Positions 50,693-63,895 of a stretch of DNA of 64,000 nt are shown piece by piece. The notes beneath the pieces are model-generated. The model ran no database searches. It saw only the letters and a list, made by a program, of their open reading frames with translations, and had not been told where the DNA came from. How positions within the stretch are numbered: the stretch's first letter is position 1; the number at the start of each line of letters is the position of its first letter. Source of the stretch: Octopus vulgaris (lineage: Eukaryota); the NCBI GenBank assembly GCA_951406725.2, contig OX597825.1:63116001-63180000 (forward strand). The letters run 5' to 3'. The position numbers and the translations under genes are program-made.

Positions 50693-50920
50693 CCCTTTCG
50701 TTACCGTATTTATTTTGAGATATTCTGTATTTTGTTCAATTAATTTTAAATAAAACAAAGAATTTAGTAAAATACCTTAGTTATCATTAATCTACTGTTA
50801 GGAACATGAATTGTGAGTAAAGTTTGGTGGAAGATTTTAAGTCAAAACTTGTGAAAACAAGACATTTGTACAGCAGAACCAGCCGGGTTGGTATTTCAGC
50901 CGGGTTGGTATTTGAAAGGG
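50693..50920. mobile_element. piggyBac-type MITE
   Basis: GTAA|CCCTTTCG...GAAAGGG|TTAA; duplicated agccgggttggtatt. Confidence 0.85.
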
Positions 50921-51094
50921 TTAATTTTTTTTGTCTAAAAGTAGTAATGTTAAGGCAGAGAGAGGGGTGAGAGAGGAGAATAAAGGAGAGAGAGATAGGC
51001 AGTGAGATATTCACCTCACTACTTATGAAGGGTGAAAATTAAAAAAGAAATAAAGGAAAAATGAGATGAGATGAAAATGAGAGAAACATAATGT

Positions 51095-51149
<55 letters not shown>

Positions 51150-51789
51150 GTAAGAGAGAGAAAGATAAAAAGCTAGCAGACAAATAGACTGGCAGGAAGA
51201 CAAATGAAGAGATAGGCACACAGAGAGTCAGTAAAGAAGCGAGGGAAAGAAAGAAAGAGTGAGAGTGAGAAAGAGAAAGAGAGACAGACAGACAGCCTGA
51301 AAAAAAGAGAGAGAAACACAGATAGACAGAGAGGGAGACTGGTAGATAAACTAGCAGAGAGATAGACACTAATACAGACAGAAGGAGATAGGGAAGGAGA
51401 GGGTAAGAAAGTGATAGAGAAAGAATTCATTTTGAAGATGGAGATGTGGTGAGATATTATATTACAAAGTAAATGATTACAAAAGCTTATTTTCTGGAAG
51501 AGGAAATGCTATAGGAAAAACATCTGTAAAATTTAAAGAATTTGAGGAAGCTGCTGATTCCTATGTACTACTAATGTTTCTACCAATTCTACTTCTGCTT
51601 TTCAAACTACACTAGTACTTCTGTTACTTATACCAGTTTTTACTGTATCTATTACTGCTGCTTCAATCACTTCTACCATATTTTCTGCCATACAAATTCA
51701 TGTAGTTTATAGTATACAAATGCAGTGTAAACATTCAAACCATTGCTTTCATTCCAAATCATTAATTCACAACTGTTTCTTTTATCTAT

Positions 51790-52095
51790 TGGTTGTTCCT
51801 TCTCAAGCCATACCTGGCTCATAAGGGCCAGTTTCCCCAGTTTCCTTGGTGTATAGGTTCTCCACCTGGACGGGACGTTGGTCCATCACAGGTGAGCTGC
51901 AAGATGCAGGAGGAAAGAGTGAGAGAAAGTTGTGGCAAACGAGTCAGCAGAAGTTCGCCATTACCTTCTGCTGGAGCCGTATGGAGCTTAGGTGTTTCGC
52001 TCATAAACACAAACATCACCTGGTCTGAGATTTAAACCCCGCGATCCCTCGACCGTGAGTACGCTGCTCTAATCACTAGGCCATGTGCCTCCACC
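51790..52095 (-). mobile_element. tRNA-derived SINE (family E-related)
   Basis: Reverse head ggaggcacatggcctagtgattagagc; flanked by a ttttatctat duplication. Confidence 0.8.
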
Positions 52096-52564
52096 TTTTT
52101 ATCTATAGACCTCTTTAATTACAATTTTATTCTGGTGAACTTCCATTACCATTCGATATTTAACAACTAATTTATAGATACTTTCAAGATCATACTTTTT
52201 GCTCATCACATTTTAACTTGTGTAGTCTGAACTATGTAAAACGTTAGAGAAAGAAAAAAATATAACTAAAGCAAATTTTTTCCATGGTCTCTTAAAATAA
52301 TACTGTGGATCAAATTTACTATTTCACTGGTGTGGACCCCTACAAAATCTTATGGAACCTGGTTGAGAACCACTGTCTCAAATCCTGCTGGATTTCACAT
52401 GGAATTTTTGCTCCTCCAAAATCGTCTTAAAGTATAAGTTCACCAAGCATTTTCTTCTTTTTTTATTGTTTTGCTGTGAATATGGATCTGAAAAATTCAA
52501 CTTGTATGCTGGAAAATATAATGTTACCAATCCTGCTGCTCCTACTGTATTACTGTGCCATTTG

Positions 52565-53122
52565 CATCATCATCATCATCGTCGTTGCTGGCTTGGGTTG
52601 GACAGTTTGACTGAGGGCTAGTGAGCCAGAAGGCTGCACCAGGCTCCAATCCGATCTGGCAAAGTTTCTACAGCTAGATGCCCTTCCTAATGCCAACCAT
52701 TCCGAGAGTGTAGTGGGTGCCTTAACGTGCCACTGGCATGAAGGCCAGTCAGGCGGTACTGGCAACGACCACACTCGAATGGTACTTTTTACATGCCACC
52801 ATCACAGGAGTCAGTCAGGCAACGCTGGCAATGACCACACTCGAATAGTGCTTTTTTGTGCCACCTGCACAGGAGCCAGTCAGATGATGCTGGCAATGGC
52901 CACACTCAAATGGTGCTTTTTACTTGCCACTTGCACAGGCGCCAGTCAGGCAACGCTGGCAATGACCCCACTCAAATGGTGCTTTTTTGTTCCACCTGCA
53001 CAAGAGTCAGTCAGGCGATGCTGGCAATGACCATGCTCGAATGGTGCTTTTTACGTGTCACTGGCACAGGAGTCAGGTGACACTGGCAAGGATCATGCTC
53101 AAATGGTACTTTTAACATTCCA
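52565..53122 (-). mobile_element. family C copy with ~6.3 tandem 65-bp monomers
   Basis: Monomers start at 52716, 52781, 52847, 52912, 52978, 53043 and 53105; (CAT)n tail. Confidence 0.85.
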
Positions 53123-54693
53123 TGTTCACTACTTTCGCTTTTACCTCTTCTATTGCTCCTGCTTCTACTTCTGCTTCTACCATGTCTCCCTATTCCCCCA
53201 TTTTTGTTTGTTACTTTTTCAAAGGTTCTTTCTAACTCAGCAGCTGCTGCTTCTACCATTTCTGCTGGATTTACTATTTCTACAGCTCCAATTGCTATCA
53301 ATGATTTCCTTAATTTCTACTGCTTGTATCTTCTGACCCAACTGCTTCACCTATGGCTACTATTACACTTACTGACCCCATTATGCTGTCTGCATACTGC
53401 TGCTACTATTTTTATTGTTGTTCTTACGCCTACAGGTCTGCTACTCTTAATAACTATCATTTCTACTACTCCAACTAATCCTCTCACACTGATAAACCTA
53501 CATATGAACAGAAATTCACATCAAACCTATTAGCATAATCTTAACCTCATTCTATTGAATCACATAATTCAAATTATATTTAACAAACTAACTCTATTAA
53601 TTATATATCATTCATTTCACCTCATCTCTTTTCCTTCTTTACACTTTTAATCCTTTTATTTCTCTTCATCTCTCTTTCCATTAATATTTTCAAAACAAAA
53701 ATATATTTTTATCTTTTTATTTTTGTCTGTATTATTTTGCATGTTTTTTGTTAGTTCTTTTTATGTTACACATTTTAAATTCGTCATCAATATTCATTCT
53801 CTGATACTCTCATGTAATATTTCTTGGTTGCATTATCATTGCTTATGTAATGAAATTCTTCTTCTTCTTCTTTTCGTTCTTCTTGTACTTTTCATTGCTG
53901 TTCTCATTGTTGTTCTTCACCTTCTTCTTGTCGTTGTTGTTGTTTTCAGCAGGTTTGGCTATATTAACAAATATTATTGAATAACCATTGTTAAAAACGA
54001 AATAATTTTTCAGTATTGCAGTAGAATGACACATATAAATAAATTACTAAAAATTTAAGTATTATTATATGTCAATCCTACTTTGAAACTTTAGAAAATT
54101 CAGTCAACTGTAAAGTAAGAATTAATTAAACAAGTTTTGATTTTAAGAAGAATGGCTACAATTTATAGAGATATGTTAGAATATTTTTTTAAAGTCATTA
54201 AGTATGGTATAATATCAAGTATTTTTTAAATGTTTTTCTTTATAGTTTTCTTATCCCTTTTTCATGGAATTGTATTCTTGTTGAGATTTTAGGTGAATAA
54301 TAGTCATGTTTTCATCTGCAGCTGATGCTCTTGGAAAATAATCTATAACACACGAAAGGCATTCAATCAAATTCAGAACTGGATAAAAAAGGTTTGTAGT
54401 ATGGTTCAAAATAATGCTTTTTAACAATGTTCCTAAGTCACAGCTGCGTGCTGTGCTACATAAATGGTGCTACAGTTAAGTTTTATGCCAATAATTTGTT
54501 AACCCTCTCTTTGCATGCTAAAACTCCAGACACTGATGTGCATGAGAGGACTACAACTATATTCGGTCTCAACAAAGTGGCAACCAACTTTTGCAGGCTT
54601 GTGGGTGATATTCTGGCAGTGATGAATAACTGATATATATATGAACATATATACATACAACCATACATACATACATATATATACATACAAACA

Positions 54694-54738
<45 letters not shown>

Positions 54739-54744
<6 letters not shown>

Positions 54745-54986
54745 TTATAATTATATACATAATTATAATAAGGGATTAGCTATAAGCCTCATGCTGGAAA
54801 AGATGTCAAAAGGCACTATTACCACCTTAAAATCTCTGAGAAGAACACACTGGGTTGTAGGCACCTACAACCCAGCGTTTTATTCTTGGAGATTTTAAGG
54901 TGGGAATAGTGTCTTTTGACATCTTTTCCAGCATGAGGCTTATAGCCAATCCCTTATTATAATTATGTATATAATAATAAAATATT
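54739..54986. repeat. 248-bp near-perfect palindrome in (TA)n
   Basis: 123-bp arms, 2-nt loop (CA, 54862-54863), about 9 mismatches counted by eye. Confidence 0.95.
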
Positions 54987-55057
54987 TGTAAAATTTACCT
55001 ATAAGGTTTTTTTCTGTGCTGACCCAATGGTAAAATCATTAATGATTTTTAACATTT

Positions 55058-55116
<59 letters not shown>

Positions 55117-55238
55117 TATATTGCTAGATAGATAAATAAATATAGATAGATAAATAGATAGATAGATATTGATAATAGATAGATAGATATAGAAAGATAG
55201 CTAGATAGATAGATAGATAGGTAGGTAGATAGATAGTT

Positions 55239-55472
55239 AGGCAGCGAGGTGGCAGAAACGTTAGCATACCAGGTGAAATGCTTAGCGGTATTTCGTCTAC
55301 TGTTACATTCTGAGTTCAAATTCTGCCGAGGTCGACTTTGCCTTTCATCCTTTCAGGGTCAATAAATTAAGTACCAGTCGCATACTGGGGTCGATGTAAT
55401 CGACTTAATCCCTTTGTCTGTCCTTGTTTGTCGCCTCTATGTTTAGCCCCTTGTGGACAATAAAGAAATAAG
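55239..55472 (+). mobile_element. SINE family B
   Basis: Full copy. Confidence 0.9.
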
Positions 55473-55670
55473 ATAGGCAGATAGATTTCAATTTCAGTTT
55501 CTTTGATAGTGTGTTAAGTCCATCAATAGTCCCCAGTTGAAGGTGATAATATGCAACAATACAAGGCATAAATACTTTAAGTACAAATCTTGATGTGAAT
55601 GAGTTAATTCTTTCAAAGTCTACAATCACAGACAGTGCTGTAACATCACAACTATGTAACATCACAACTA

Positions 55671-55843
55671 TAGGCGCAGGAGTGGCTGTGTGGTAAGTAG
55701 CTTGTTTACCAACCACATGGTTCCGGGTTCAGTCCCACTGCGTGGCACCTTGGGTTAGTGTCTTCTACTATAGCCTCGGGCCGACCAAAGCCTTGTGAGT
55801 CGATTTGGTAGACGGAAACTGAAAGAAGCCCGTCGTATATATG

Positions 55844-55878
<35 letters not shown>

Positions 55879-56097
55879 TTGTGTGTCTGTGTTTGTCCCC
55901 CTAGCATTGCTTGACAACCGATGCTGGTGTGTTTATGTCCCCATTACTTAGCGGTTTGGCAAAAAGATACCGATAGAATAAATACTGGGCTTACAAAAGA
56001 ATAAATCCCGGGGTCGAGTTGCTCGATTAAAAGGCGGTGCTCCAGCATGGCCGCAGTCAAATGACTGAAACAAGTAAAAGAGTAAAAGAGTAAAGAG
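55671..56097 (+). mobile_element. SINE family A
   Basis: Full young copy. Confidence 0.92.
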
Positions 56098-56371
56098 TAT
56101 GTGATTCATGCATTGCAACTCTAATTATTGCTGTCAATATATTAACCACTTTATAGTCTATAGAACCGTTAGCAATATTTCTCTTTGGATATTATATATA
56201 ATATACCTATTTCAGCTGTTTCTGTATTGTCTCGGAGTTAATTATTTCACTTACGACAACTGACGACAATTCTCTTGAAATTATTCATGTGAGAGTCTTT
56301 GTGTTTGTTTGACATGCTAGAAATAATAGCAAAACTTCTCTCGTATTACACTTTAATGTCATTAAGAAAGG

Positions 56372-56399
<28 letters not shown>

Positions 56400-56403
<4 letters not shown>

Positions 56404-56665
56404 TTTATAGAAGGAGCTTCTACAGGACTAGAACTGTTTCATTCAAAAGAAATCATCAGGAAGCTAGGTGACAAGAATAGTTTTGGCATTTATACATTTA
56501 GGCAGGTTTAAAGGGGTGGTGGTGGGGGGGACTTTTTGGGGTAGGCATGGCGCAAACTATCATTCTTAGGGGAGTGGTCAAAGGAATCAGTGATAAAGTA
56601 GATAAAATAGATAAAAGAATAAATAGAATAATAGAGTTTTAGGTAAATAAGGAGACTCTCACTTA
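56400..56665 (-). mobile_element. PLE-type terminal module in (TA)n
   Basis: (TA)n on both sides; contains the hammerhead at 56415-56465. Confidence 0.65.
56415..56465 (-). ncRNA. type I hammerhead ribozyme candidate
   Basis: AGCTTC-CTGATGA-tTTC tttt GAAt-GAA-ACAG ttctagtc CTGT-A-GAAGCT: 6-bp stem I, 4-bp stem III, GUA triplet. Confidence 0.75.
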
Positions 56666-56844
56666 TACATACATATATATATATATATATATACACATAC
56701 ACATATATATATATATATATATATAGGCCAATGATGTCATTGAGCTACTGATTCATGCAATAAAGTGATGATGGGCATGGCTGAAAAGCCTTTGCTCATA
56801 AGTCTATTCTATCAGAACTTACATAGGGTGAAACAAAAACAACA

Positions 56845-56988
56845 GCAGCTGTGTGTTATGAAGTTTGCTTCCTAACCTCATAGTTCTGGGTTCAGTCTCA
56901 CTGCGTGGCAACTTGGGTAAGTGTCTTCTATTATAGCCTCAGGCCAATTAAAGCTTTGTGATAGACAGATACTGATAGAAGCTCATCG

Positions 56989-57039
<51 letters not shown>

Positions 57040-57184
57040 ATATATATATATATATATATATATGCATATATGTATGTTTATATATGTATATATATACATA
57101 TATGTATGTATGTTTATATATATATATATATATATATATACACTCACATATATGTATGTATGTTTATATATATATATATACATA

Positions 57185-57272
<88 letters not shown>

Positions 57273-57560
57273 ATATACATATGATATGTATGTATGTTTA
57301 TATATATGCATATATGTACATATCTATTTGTGCGTGCCTTTGTATTCGTGTTTGTCCCCCTCCTCTCATCATCACTTGACAACCAATGCTGGTATGTTTA
57401 CATGCTTGTAGCTTAGTGGTTCGACAAAAGAGACAAATAGAATAAGTATTAGGCTTAAAATAAAAGTTCTGCAGTCAAGCTGTTCCACTAAAGCCTTTCA
57501 ATATTGTACTCCAGCATGGCCACAGTCAAATACCTGAAACAAGTTAAAGAATAAAAGAAT
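56845..57560 (+). mobile_element. SINE family A with greatly expanded microsatellite linker
   Basis: Head 56845-56990, (TA/TATC)n 56990-57330, tail to 57560. Confidence 0.8.
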
Positions 57561-57659
57561 ATAATTATTCCAAATGTTGTCATCAAATTTTTTGTTAATC
57601 AGTTAATTACCTCTTTCATATACTGCAGCCATTGGCAACATAATGTGCTCTTTTTTAAA

Positions 57660-57893
57660 GCCTAGCCAGGCTCATGGGCTCGTTTTCCCAGTTTCTATGG
57701 CGTATGTGTTTCCCAACTGGACGGGACACCAGTCCATCACAGCGTTACTCATTTTTGCCAGCTGAGTGGACTGGAGCAACATGAAATGAAGTGTTTTACT
57801 CAAGAACACAATGCGTTGCCCGGTCCAGGAATCGAAACCACAATCTCATGATCATGGTGCTGACACCCTAACCACTAAACCACGCGCCTCCAC
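57660..57893 (-). mobile_element. tRNA-derived SINE family E
   Basis: Reverse head ggaggcgcgtggtttagtggttagggtg..gtttcgattcc; flanked by a ccattggcaacat duplication. Confidence 0.85.
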
Positions 57894-59364
57894 CATTGGC
57901 AACATGGCAATATCTAAAGCCATATTTTGTCCAAATTTTAATAGAAACATTTTTTCAAATTTTTTTTTTATAGATAATTATAAAACACTATGTGGAGAAA
58001 AATACAAACTAATAACTGTTTTTCTTCTACAGAAGCTTGAGAAATAAGACGTTTGGGGGAGATGAGACGAATTGAGAGCTGTGATATGTTTTGTTTTTCT
58101 TCTTAGAAACAAACAAAAAAATATTAACTGTATTTGCAAAGGGATTTATTTCAAACAGCATAGAGAAAAGCAGGTTACTAAATTGGCTTAAAGGAAGATA
58201 TACTATTTTTCTCTAGAACATTCCTTTTATAATATATAACTATTCCAATTACCGATGCCATTGTCAACGAATCGTAATGAATTTAATGGTAACTGAAAGC
58301 TGTTGGCAGCTAAGAAGGAGATGCATTTAAACTTTTTTCATACTAGGGCTGTTATCATACAAGGACAGTCATCATGTGAGGAAGAGATAAAAACATGTCG
58401 TTTTGATTTGCACATGCTGAATGATGTAGGAGAACTTGGGGTAGTAATAGTGGTGGTTGGGTGGAGGTGAGGGTATATTATTAGTGACTCAGGTTAGATA
58501 TATTGCATAATGAAACACCTGTAAGGTGCACGTTCTGTCACAGCTTAGTATAAATTTACATTTGTTGATATGTATAGTAAATATAGGTGCTTATGGCTGT
58601 ATAAGGAAGAGAGAAAGGGAGGACAAGAAAAGCAGAAAGAGAGAGTGAGAGATAGTGAGAGGGAGTGTAGAGAATTGGGGGGTAGATGAAGGAGAGAATA
58701 GATTAAGAAAAGAAAGGTAGAAATGGGTGAGATGATGTGTGGGATGAGAGAGAAAGTAGACAAGAAAGGACAGAGAAAAAAGGTAGTAATATGTAGAAGG
58801 TGGAGGGAGATAGAACAGTGGGGAGAGAGCTGTGTGATAGAATAGAGGAAGAGAAAGAGAAAGAGAGAGAGACAGAAAGAGAGCTGGTGAAAGAGGGAGA
58901 ATGAAACAGAGTGTGAGAGAAGCTATTGTTACAAGAACTAAGAAGCAAGGATCCAGAGAAAGGAATGTTAGAGAAGATAGAACTTTGAAAGAAATATTAA
59001 GAAAGAGAGAGAGAAAGAAATAGAGTGAAGGAGAGTCTATAAAAACAAGAGCAAGGAAAGAGTGGTTCACAGAAGTGGAGATGAGGGAGTGGTTGGGGGA
59101 ACAAGAATAGAGTTGGCGGAGGGCAATATTGGCAATTATAGATAACCAATATTCCAGAAATAATTGCTCTAAAGATAATCCAAGGTGGAGAACAAATAAG
59201 TAGTTGTTTCTCAATGTTAATCTATTGTTTGAGAGATTCCGGAAAATACAGAATGGAAAACTGAAAGAATAAGAAAATTAAAACAGTCAGCTTTTGGAAA
59301 TAGGAATAAGAAATTATGAAAATTTTGTTCAAATCAAAATGAAAGAACCTTACATTCTTTATTT

Positions 59365-60009
59365 TTTTATTCTTTCATTTGTTTCAGTCATTTGACTGCG
59401 GCCATGCTGGAGCACCGCCTTTAGTCACGCAAATTGACCACAGGACTTATTCTTCATGAGCTTAGTACTTATTCTATTGGTCTCTTTTGCCGAACCACTA
59501 AGTTATAAGTTACAGGGATGTAAACACACCAGCATCGGTTGTCAAGTGATGCTGGGGGAACAAACCACAGACACACAAACATATACAGACATATATATAT
59601 ATTTCTTTATTACCCACAAGGGGCTAAACACAGACAAAGGGGACAAACAAGGATAGACAAAGGGATTTAGTCGATTACATCGACCCCAGTGCATAACTGG
59701 TATTTAATTTAACGACCCCGAAAGGATGAAAGGCAAAGTCAACCTCGGCGGAATTTGAACTCGGAACGTAACGACAGACAAAACACGGCTACGCATTTCG
59801 CCTGGCATGCTAATGTTTCTGCCAGCTCGCCATCTTAAAATATATATATATACAACAGGCTTCTTTCAATTTCCATCTACCAAATCCACTCATAAGTCTT
59901 TGGTCGGCCCAAGGCTATAGTAGAAGACACTTGCCCAAGATGCCACACAGTAGGACTGAACCCAGAACCATGTGGTTGGTAAGCAAGCTACTTACCACAC
60001 AGCCACTCC
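59365..60009 (-). mobile_element. SINE A with SINE B (59601-59836) nested in its (TA)n linker
   Basis: Both elements are recognisable on the minus strand. Confidence 0.9.
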
Positions 60010-60372
60010 TATTTATTTATTTATTTTTGCTTTCTTGCTTGTGCCTGTAATATGTCTTAATGGGATAAGCTATTTGTCACCTGATAATGCATTCATAAGC
60101 AATCAGGTTTTTATTTGTTTATTAGACGTAGAAATTTGGTTGGTAAAATTGTTAAAGCATTGAAGAAAATGTCTTTTATGAAGGGTTTCAATTCCCAAGA
60201 TGGGTGACTTTGCCTTTTGTTCTGTTGCGGATAAAATAAACAGTAGCAGTCAAGCACTTGCTTTATGTAATTAATTGTCTCTTCCTCCGTTTTACTCCAA
60301 AAATAATTAGTGCTTATCACCTGTTGTTGACTAATTCTTATCCCCAAAGATTCAAATAAACATAGACATAGA

Positions 60373-60815
60373 TAGGCGCAAGGGTGGCTGTGTCGTAAGA
60401 AGTTTGCTTTTCAACCACATGGTTCCAAGTTCATTCCCACTGCGGGGCACCTTGGATAAGTGTCTCCTAGTACTGCCTCAGCCAACTAAAGCCTTATGAA
60501 TGGATTTGGTAGGTGGAAACTGAAAGAAGCCTATTGTATTGTATTTGTGTGTGTGTGTGTTGATGTGTGCATGTGGACATGTGTGTGCATGTGTGTATGT
60601 GCACATGTATATGTGTGCATGTTTGTGTCTGTGTTTGTCAACCACTACCACCACCACTTGACCCTAACCCTGTTTTTTCACAGTTCTGCAAAAGAGACAG
60701 AACAAGTACCTGGATTAAGAAGAAAACAAGTACCAATATCAATTAGTTTGACACAAAAATTCTTCAAGGCAATGTCCCAGCATGGCTACAGTTTAATGAG
60801 TGAAAGAAAATAAAA
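60373..60815 (+). mobile_element. SINE family A (degenerate)
   Basis: Head and CORE-like block are clear; the tail is decayed. Confidence 0.8.
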
Positions 60816-61002
60816 CATAAGAAATAGATGCAAAATCAAAAATTTATTGAGCTCAGAACAGTTGCTTATATCAACCTCCATATTTGTCACGTAATCTATT
60901 TTATTGACCTCAGAAAGACAGAAAAGTAAAGTTAACCACAACAAGATTTGAACTTAGAGTGAGAAAATTCAAAACGAATACTACAAGTTTATTGATTTAG
61001 AC

Positions 61003-61410
61003 CTTTTGCAAGGCGATGAGCTGGCAGAATTGTTGGCATGCTGGACAAAATGCTTAGCGGTATTTCATCTGCTACTACGTTCTGAGTTCAAATTCCATCG
61101 GGGTCAACTTTGCCTTTCCTCCTTTGGGGGTCGATTAACTAAGTACCAGTTACGCACTGGGGTCGATATAATCGACTTAATCCATGTGTCTGTCCTTGTT
61201 TGTCCCCTCTGTGTGTAGCCCATTGTGGGCAGTAAAGAAATAGGTATTTCACCCATCATTACGTTCTGAGTTCGAATTCCGCCAGGGTCAACTTTGCCTT
61301 TCATCCTTTTGGGGTTGATAAATTAAGTACCAGTGTTTCATTGGGGTCGACGTAATTGACTTGTCCCCTCTCACCAAATTTCAGGCCTTTGTGCCTTTTG
61401 TAGAAAGGAT
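61003..61410 (+). mobile_element. SINE family B tandem dimer
   Basis: Junction aaagaaataggtatttc at about 61235-61250. Confidence 0.88.
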
Positions 61411-61444
61411 TTAGATGTTTTGCTGCTTCCAATCCAAGGCCCAT

Positions 61445-61670
61445 TTCTTTAACATGTCTCTGTCATTTGACTGCAGCCATGCTGGAGCACAGACTTGAAG
61501 GGTCTTAGCCAAGACAAACTGACCCAAGGATATGTGTTTTTAAGCTTAGTACTTATTTTATCAGTCTCTTCTGCTGAACAGCTAAGTTGCAGGGACGTAA
61601 ACACACCAACACCAGTTGTTAAGTGGTCAGGGGGAGACAAGCATAAACACAAAGACACACACACACACAC
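61445..61670 (-). mobile_element. SINE family A 3' half, truncated at its linker by the fold-back
   Basis: gtcatttgactgcagccatgctggagcac...(CA)n. Confidence 0.8.
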
Positions 61671-62602
61671 ACATATAAGAAGAGTGTTTATAATAATGAA
61701 TAAATCACAATTATAATGGAGAGGATTGTAGAAACCCTTACATGTTTAGAAATAGCTGTCAAAAACCACTATAAAGCTACTATTTTCATTCATATCATAT
61801 CTCCTCAGAATAAAGCTGGCTATGAGCAACATGACATATAAAATCCAAAATTTAAAAATAAAAGGTTAATTTTCTATTGCAATTTCGAGGTTAGGAACCT
61901 ATTATACCATATTATATACTGCATTGTAAAATAACAGAGATAAACAAGATAATGGTTCCATTCCTCTCTTCAAGAGAATATTTCTATTGATACAAATTGA
62001 TACAAAATCCTACCTTGGGGCTTATTTGAATCCCAACCAGCGAGAATAATGTGTCAACCTTTATCTACACATTCAAATTCTGAATTCCGATGTCATGCAG
62101 AGTGTTTATGAGAAAAGACCAGTAAATTGAACCACAGCAAAAGACCGGATATAGGTGAGCAAATTGAAATAATTAAAAAGGAATGTAATAATACATTTGA
62201 ATGCGTAGATAAAGGTTGACACATTATTCTTGTTGGTCAGGATTCATATAAGCCCAAAGGTAGGATTTTGTATCAATTTGTATCTACAGGAATATTCACC
62301 TGAAAAGAGGAAAGGAACCATTATCTTGTTTATCTTTGTTATTTTACAATGCCGTATATAGTAGGGTATAATAGGTTCCTAACCTCAAAATTGCAATAGA
62401 GAATTAACTGTTTATTTTTAAATTTTAGATTTTATATGTCATGTCACTCACAGAGAGTTTTATTCCGAGGAGATATAACATGAGTGAAAGTAGTGGCTTT
62501 ATAGTCGTTTTTGACTGCTATTTCTAAACATGTAAGGGTTTCTACAACCCTCTCCATTATAAATGTGATTTATTCATAATTAAAAACACTCTTCTTTTAT
62601 GT
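61670..62602. repeat. long fold-back: ~405-bp inverted arms with ~116-bp spacer
   Basis: 61670-62078 is the reverse complement of 62195-62602, roughly 85-90% identical by eye. Confidence 0.95.
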
Positions 62603-63717
62603 AATTTATGATTGCATGTTTGCCCATTGATATTCATAGATAATTATTAATTGTTTATGATATATCCTTCGTTTTTTTCCTTTCCTTTCTTTCCACATAA
62701 ACTCTTCTGTCTGCCTACACCACACTTAAATTTCCTTTCACATTATTCAACATAACAAGGAGCACCCTGCCAAAAATTTCCCTATATTATATAGCATAAA
62801 AGACCAAAGTAAACCACACTCAGAGGATTACTTGCAAATTGAAACTTCGAAGTCACTGTCAACCTTTCCCTTGTAAAAATTAATTAATATGTGCTCTACT
62901 AAATAATGTTTATCGATTCCTCAGTATTACATTAAATTGTTTTTATAGCATCACATAAAAACAAAGTTAATATGCATGCATATATATGTATATAAATATA
63001 CACACACATACGTATATACACATATACTCAAAAATAGATAGAAGAAGAAAGAAAGAGAGAGATCATGAAAGAGAGGTGAGAAGAGATTAATAAGAACAAT
63101 TATAAATAATAAAAAGCAAGCAATAATAGTGACTCTATTTGAAATAATATAATTTTAAGAATGGAAAAAAAAAACAGAAGCATTTTGTATTACTGAGTTG
63201 GTTTGATATCAGTTTTGAATTATGATTTAGAAATTGGTTTTTCACTTCATTTATTTTAAGGGATATTACAACTCATATTTTTCAACTGGATAATCCCATA
63301 AACATTGTTATTTAAGAATGGCTGGTCCTCAATTTTACAGTATTCAATTATCGTCAGAAATATAGTTTATTGAAGACAGCTAGAAATAAATAAATATATA
63401 AACAGAGATATTCTCTTTATTTTTTATCAGATATTTTCTGATTTTCTGCAAGAGTTTTGGTCACACACTGGAGCCATATCTAGATCAAATAGAATCCAAT
63501 AACTCATTGTGTAATTGTTGCTGTATAGCTCCAGGTTAGTTTTGATTGATTGAGAAGACCTACAATATTAATTGTATGTGATGATTTAAATGTATAGTTT
63601 TGATATTTTGTTTATAAAAGTGGAGTCACTTTTTAAATTGAAATTAAAATTGTTTCCATTGATAAAACAACCTGAATGTTTGGATGAAGGAATCAATATT
63701 ATTCCATCTGAAATACC

Positions 63718-63895
63718 ATCATCCACATTTAATGACCATTTTCCATGCTGGCATGGGTTGGATAACTTGACAGAAGCTGGCAAGGCCAGGAACTGCATCA
63801 GGTTCCATAGTCTATTTTGGCATAGCTTCTACAGTTAGATACCCTTCCTAATGTCAACCACTTTACATAGTGTACTGGGTGCTTTTTAAGTGGCA
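63718..63895 (-). mobile_element. family C fragment
   Basis: ttccatgctggcatgggttgga..gatacccttcctaatgtcaacc. Confidence 0.75.

Noticed and set aside
52716-53122. CRISPR-like periodic array
   Set aside because: The whole 65-bp unit repeats with no unique spacers; it is part of a eukaryotic retroelement and there are no cas genes.
62445-62486. CACTCA...TGAGTG stem enclosing CAGAGAG in the long fold-back, as a hammerhead
   Set aside because: Both arms have GAGG instead of GAAA and lack CUGANGA.
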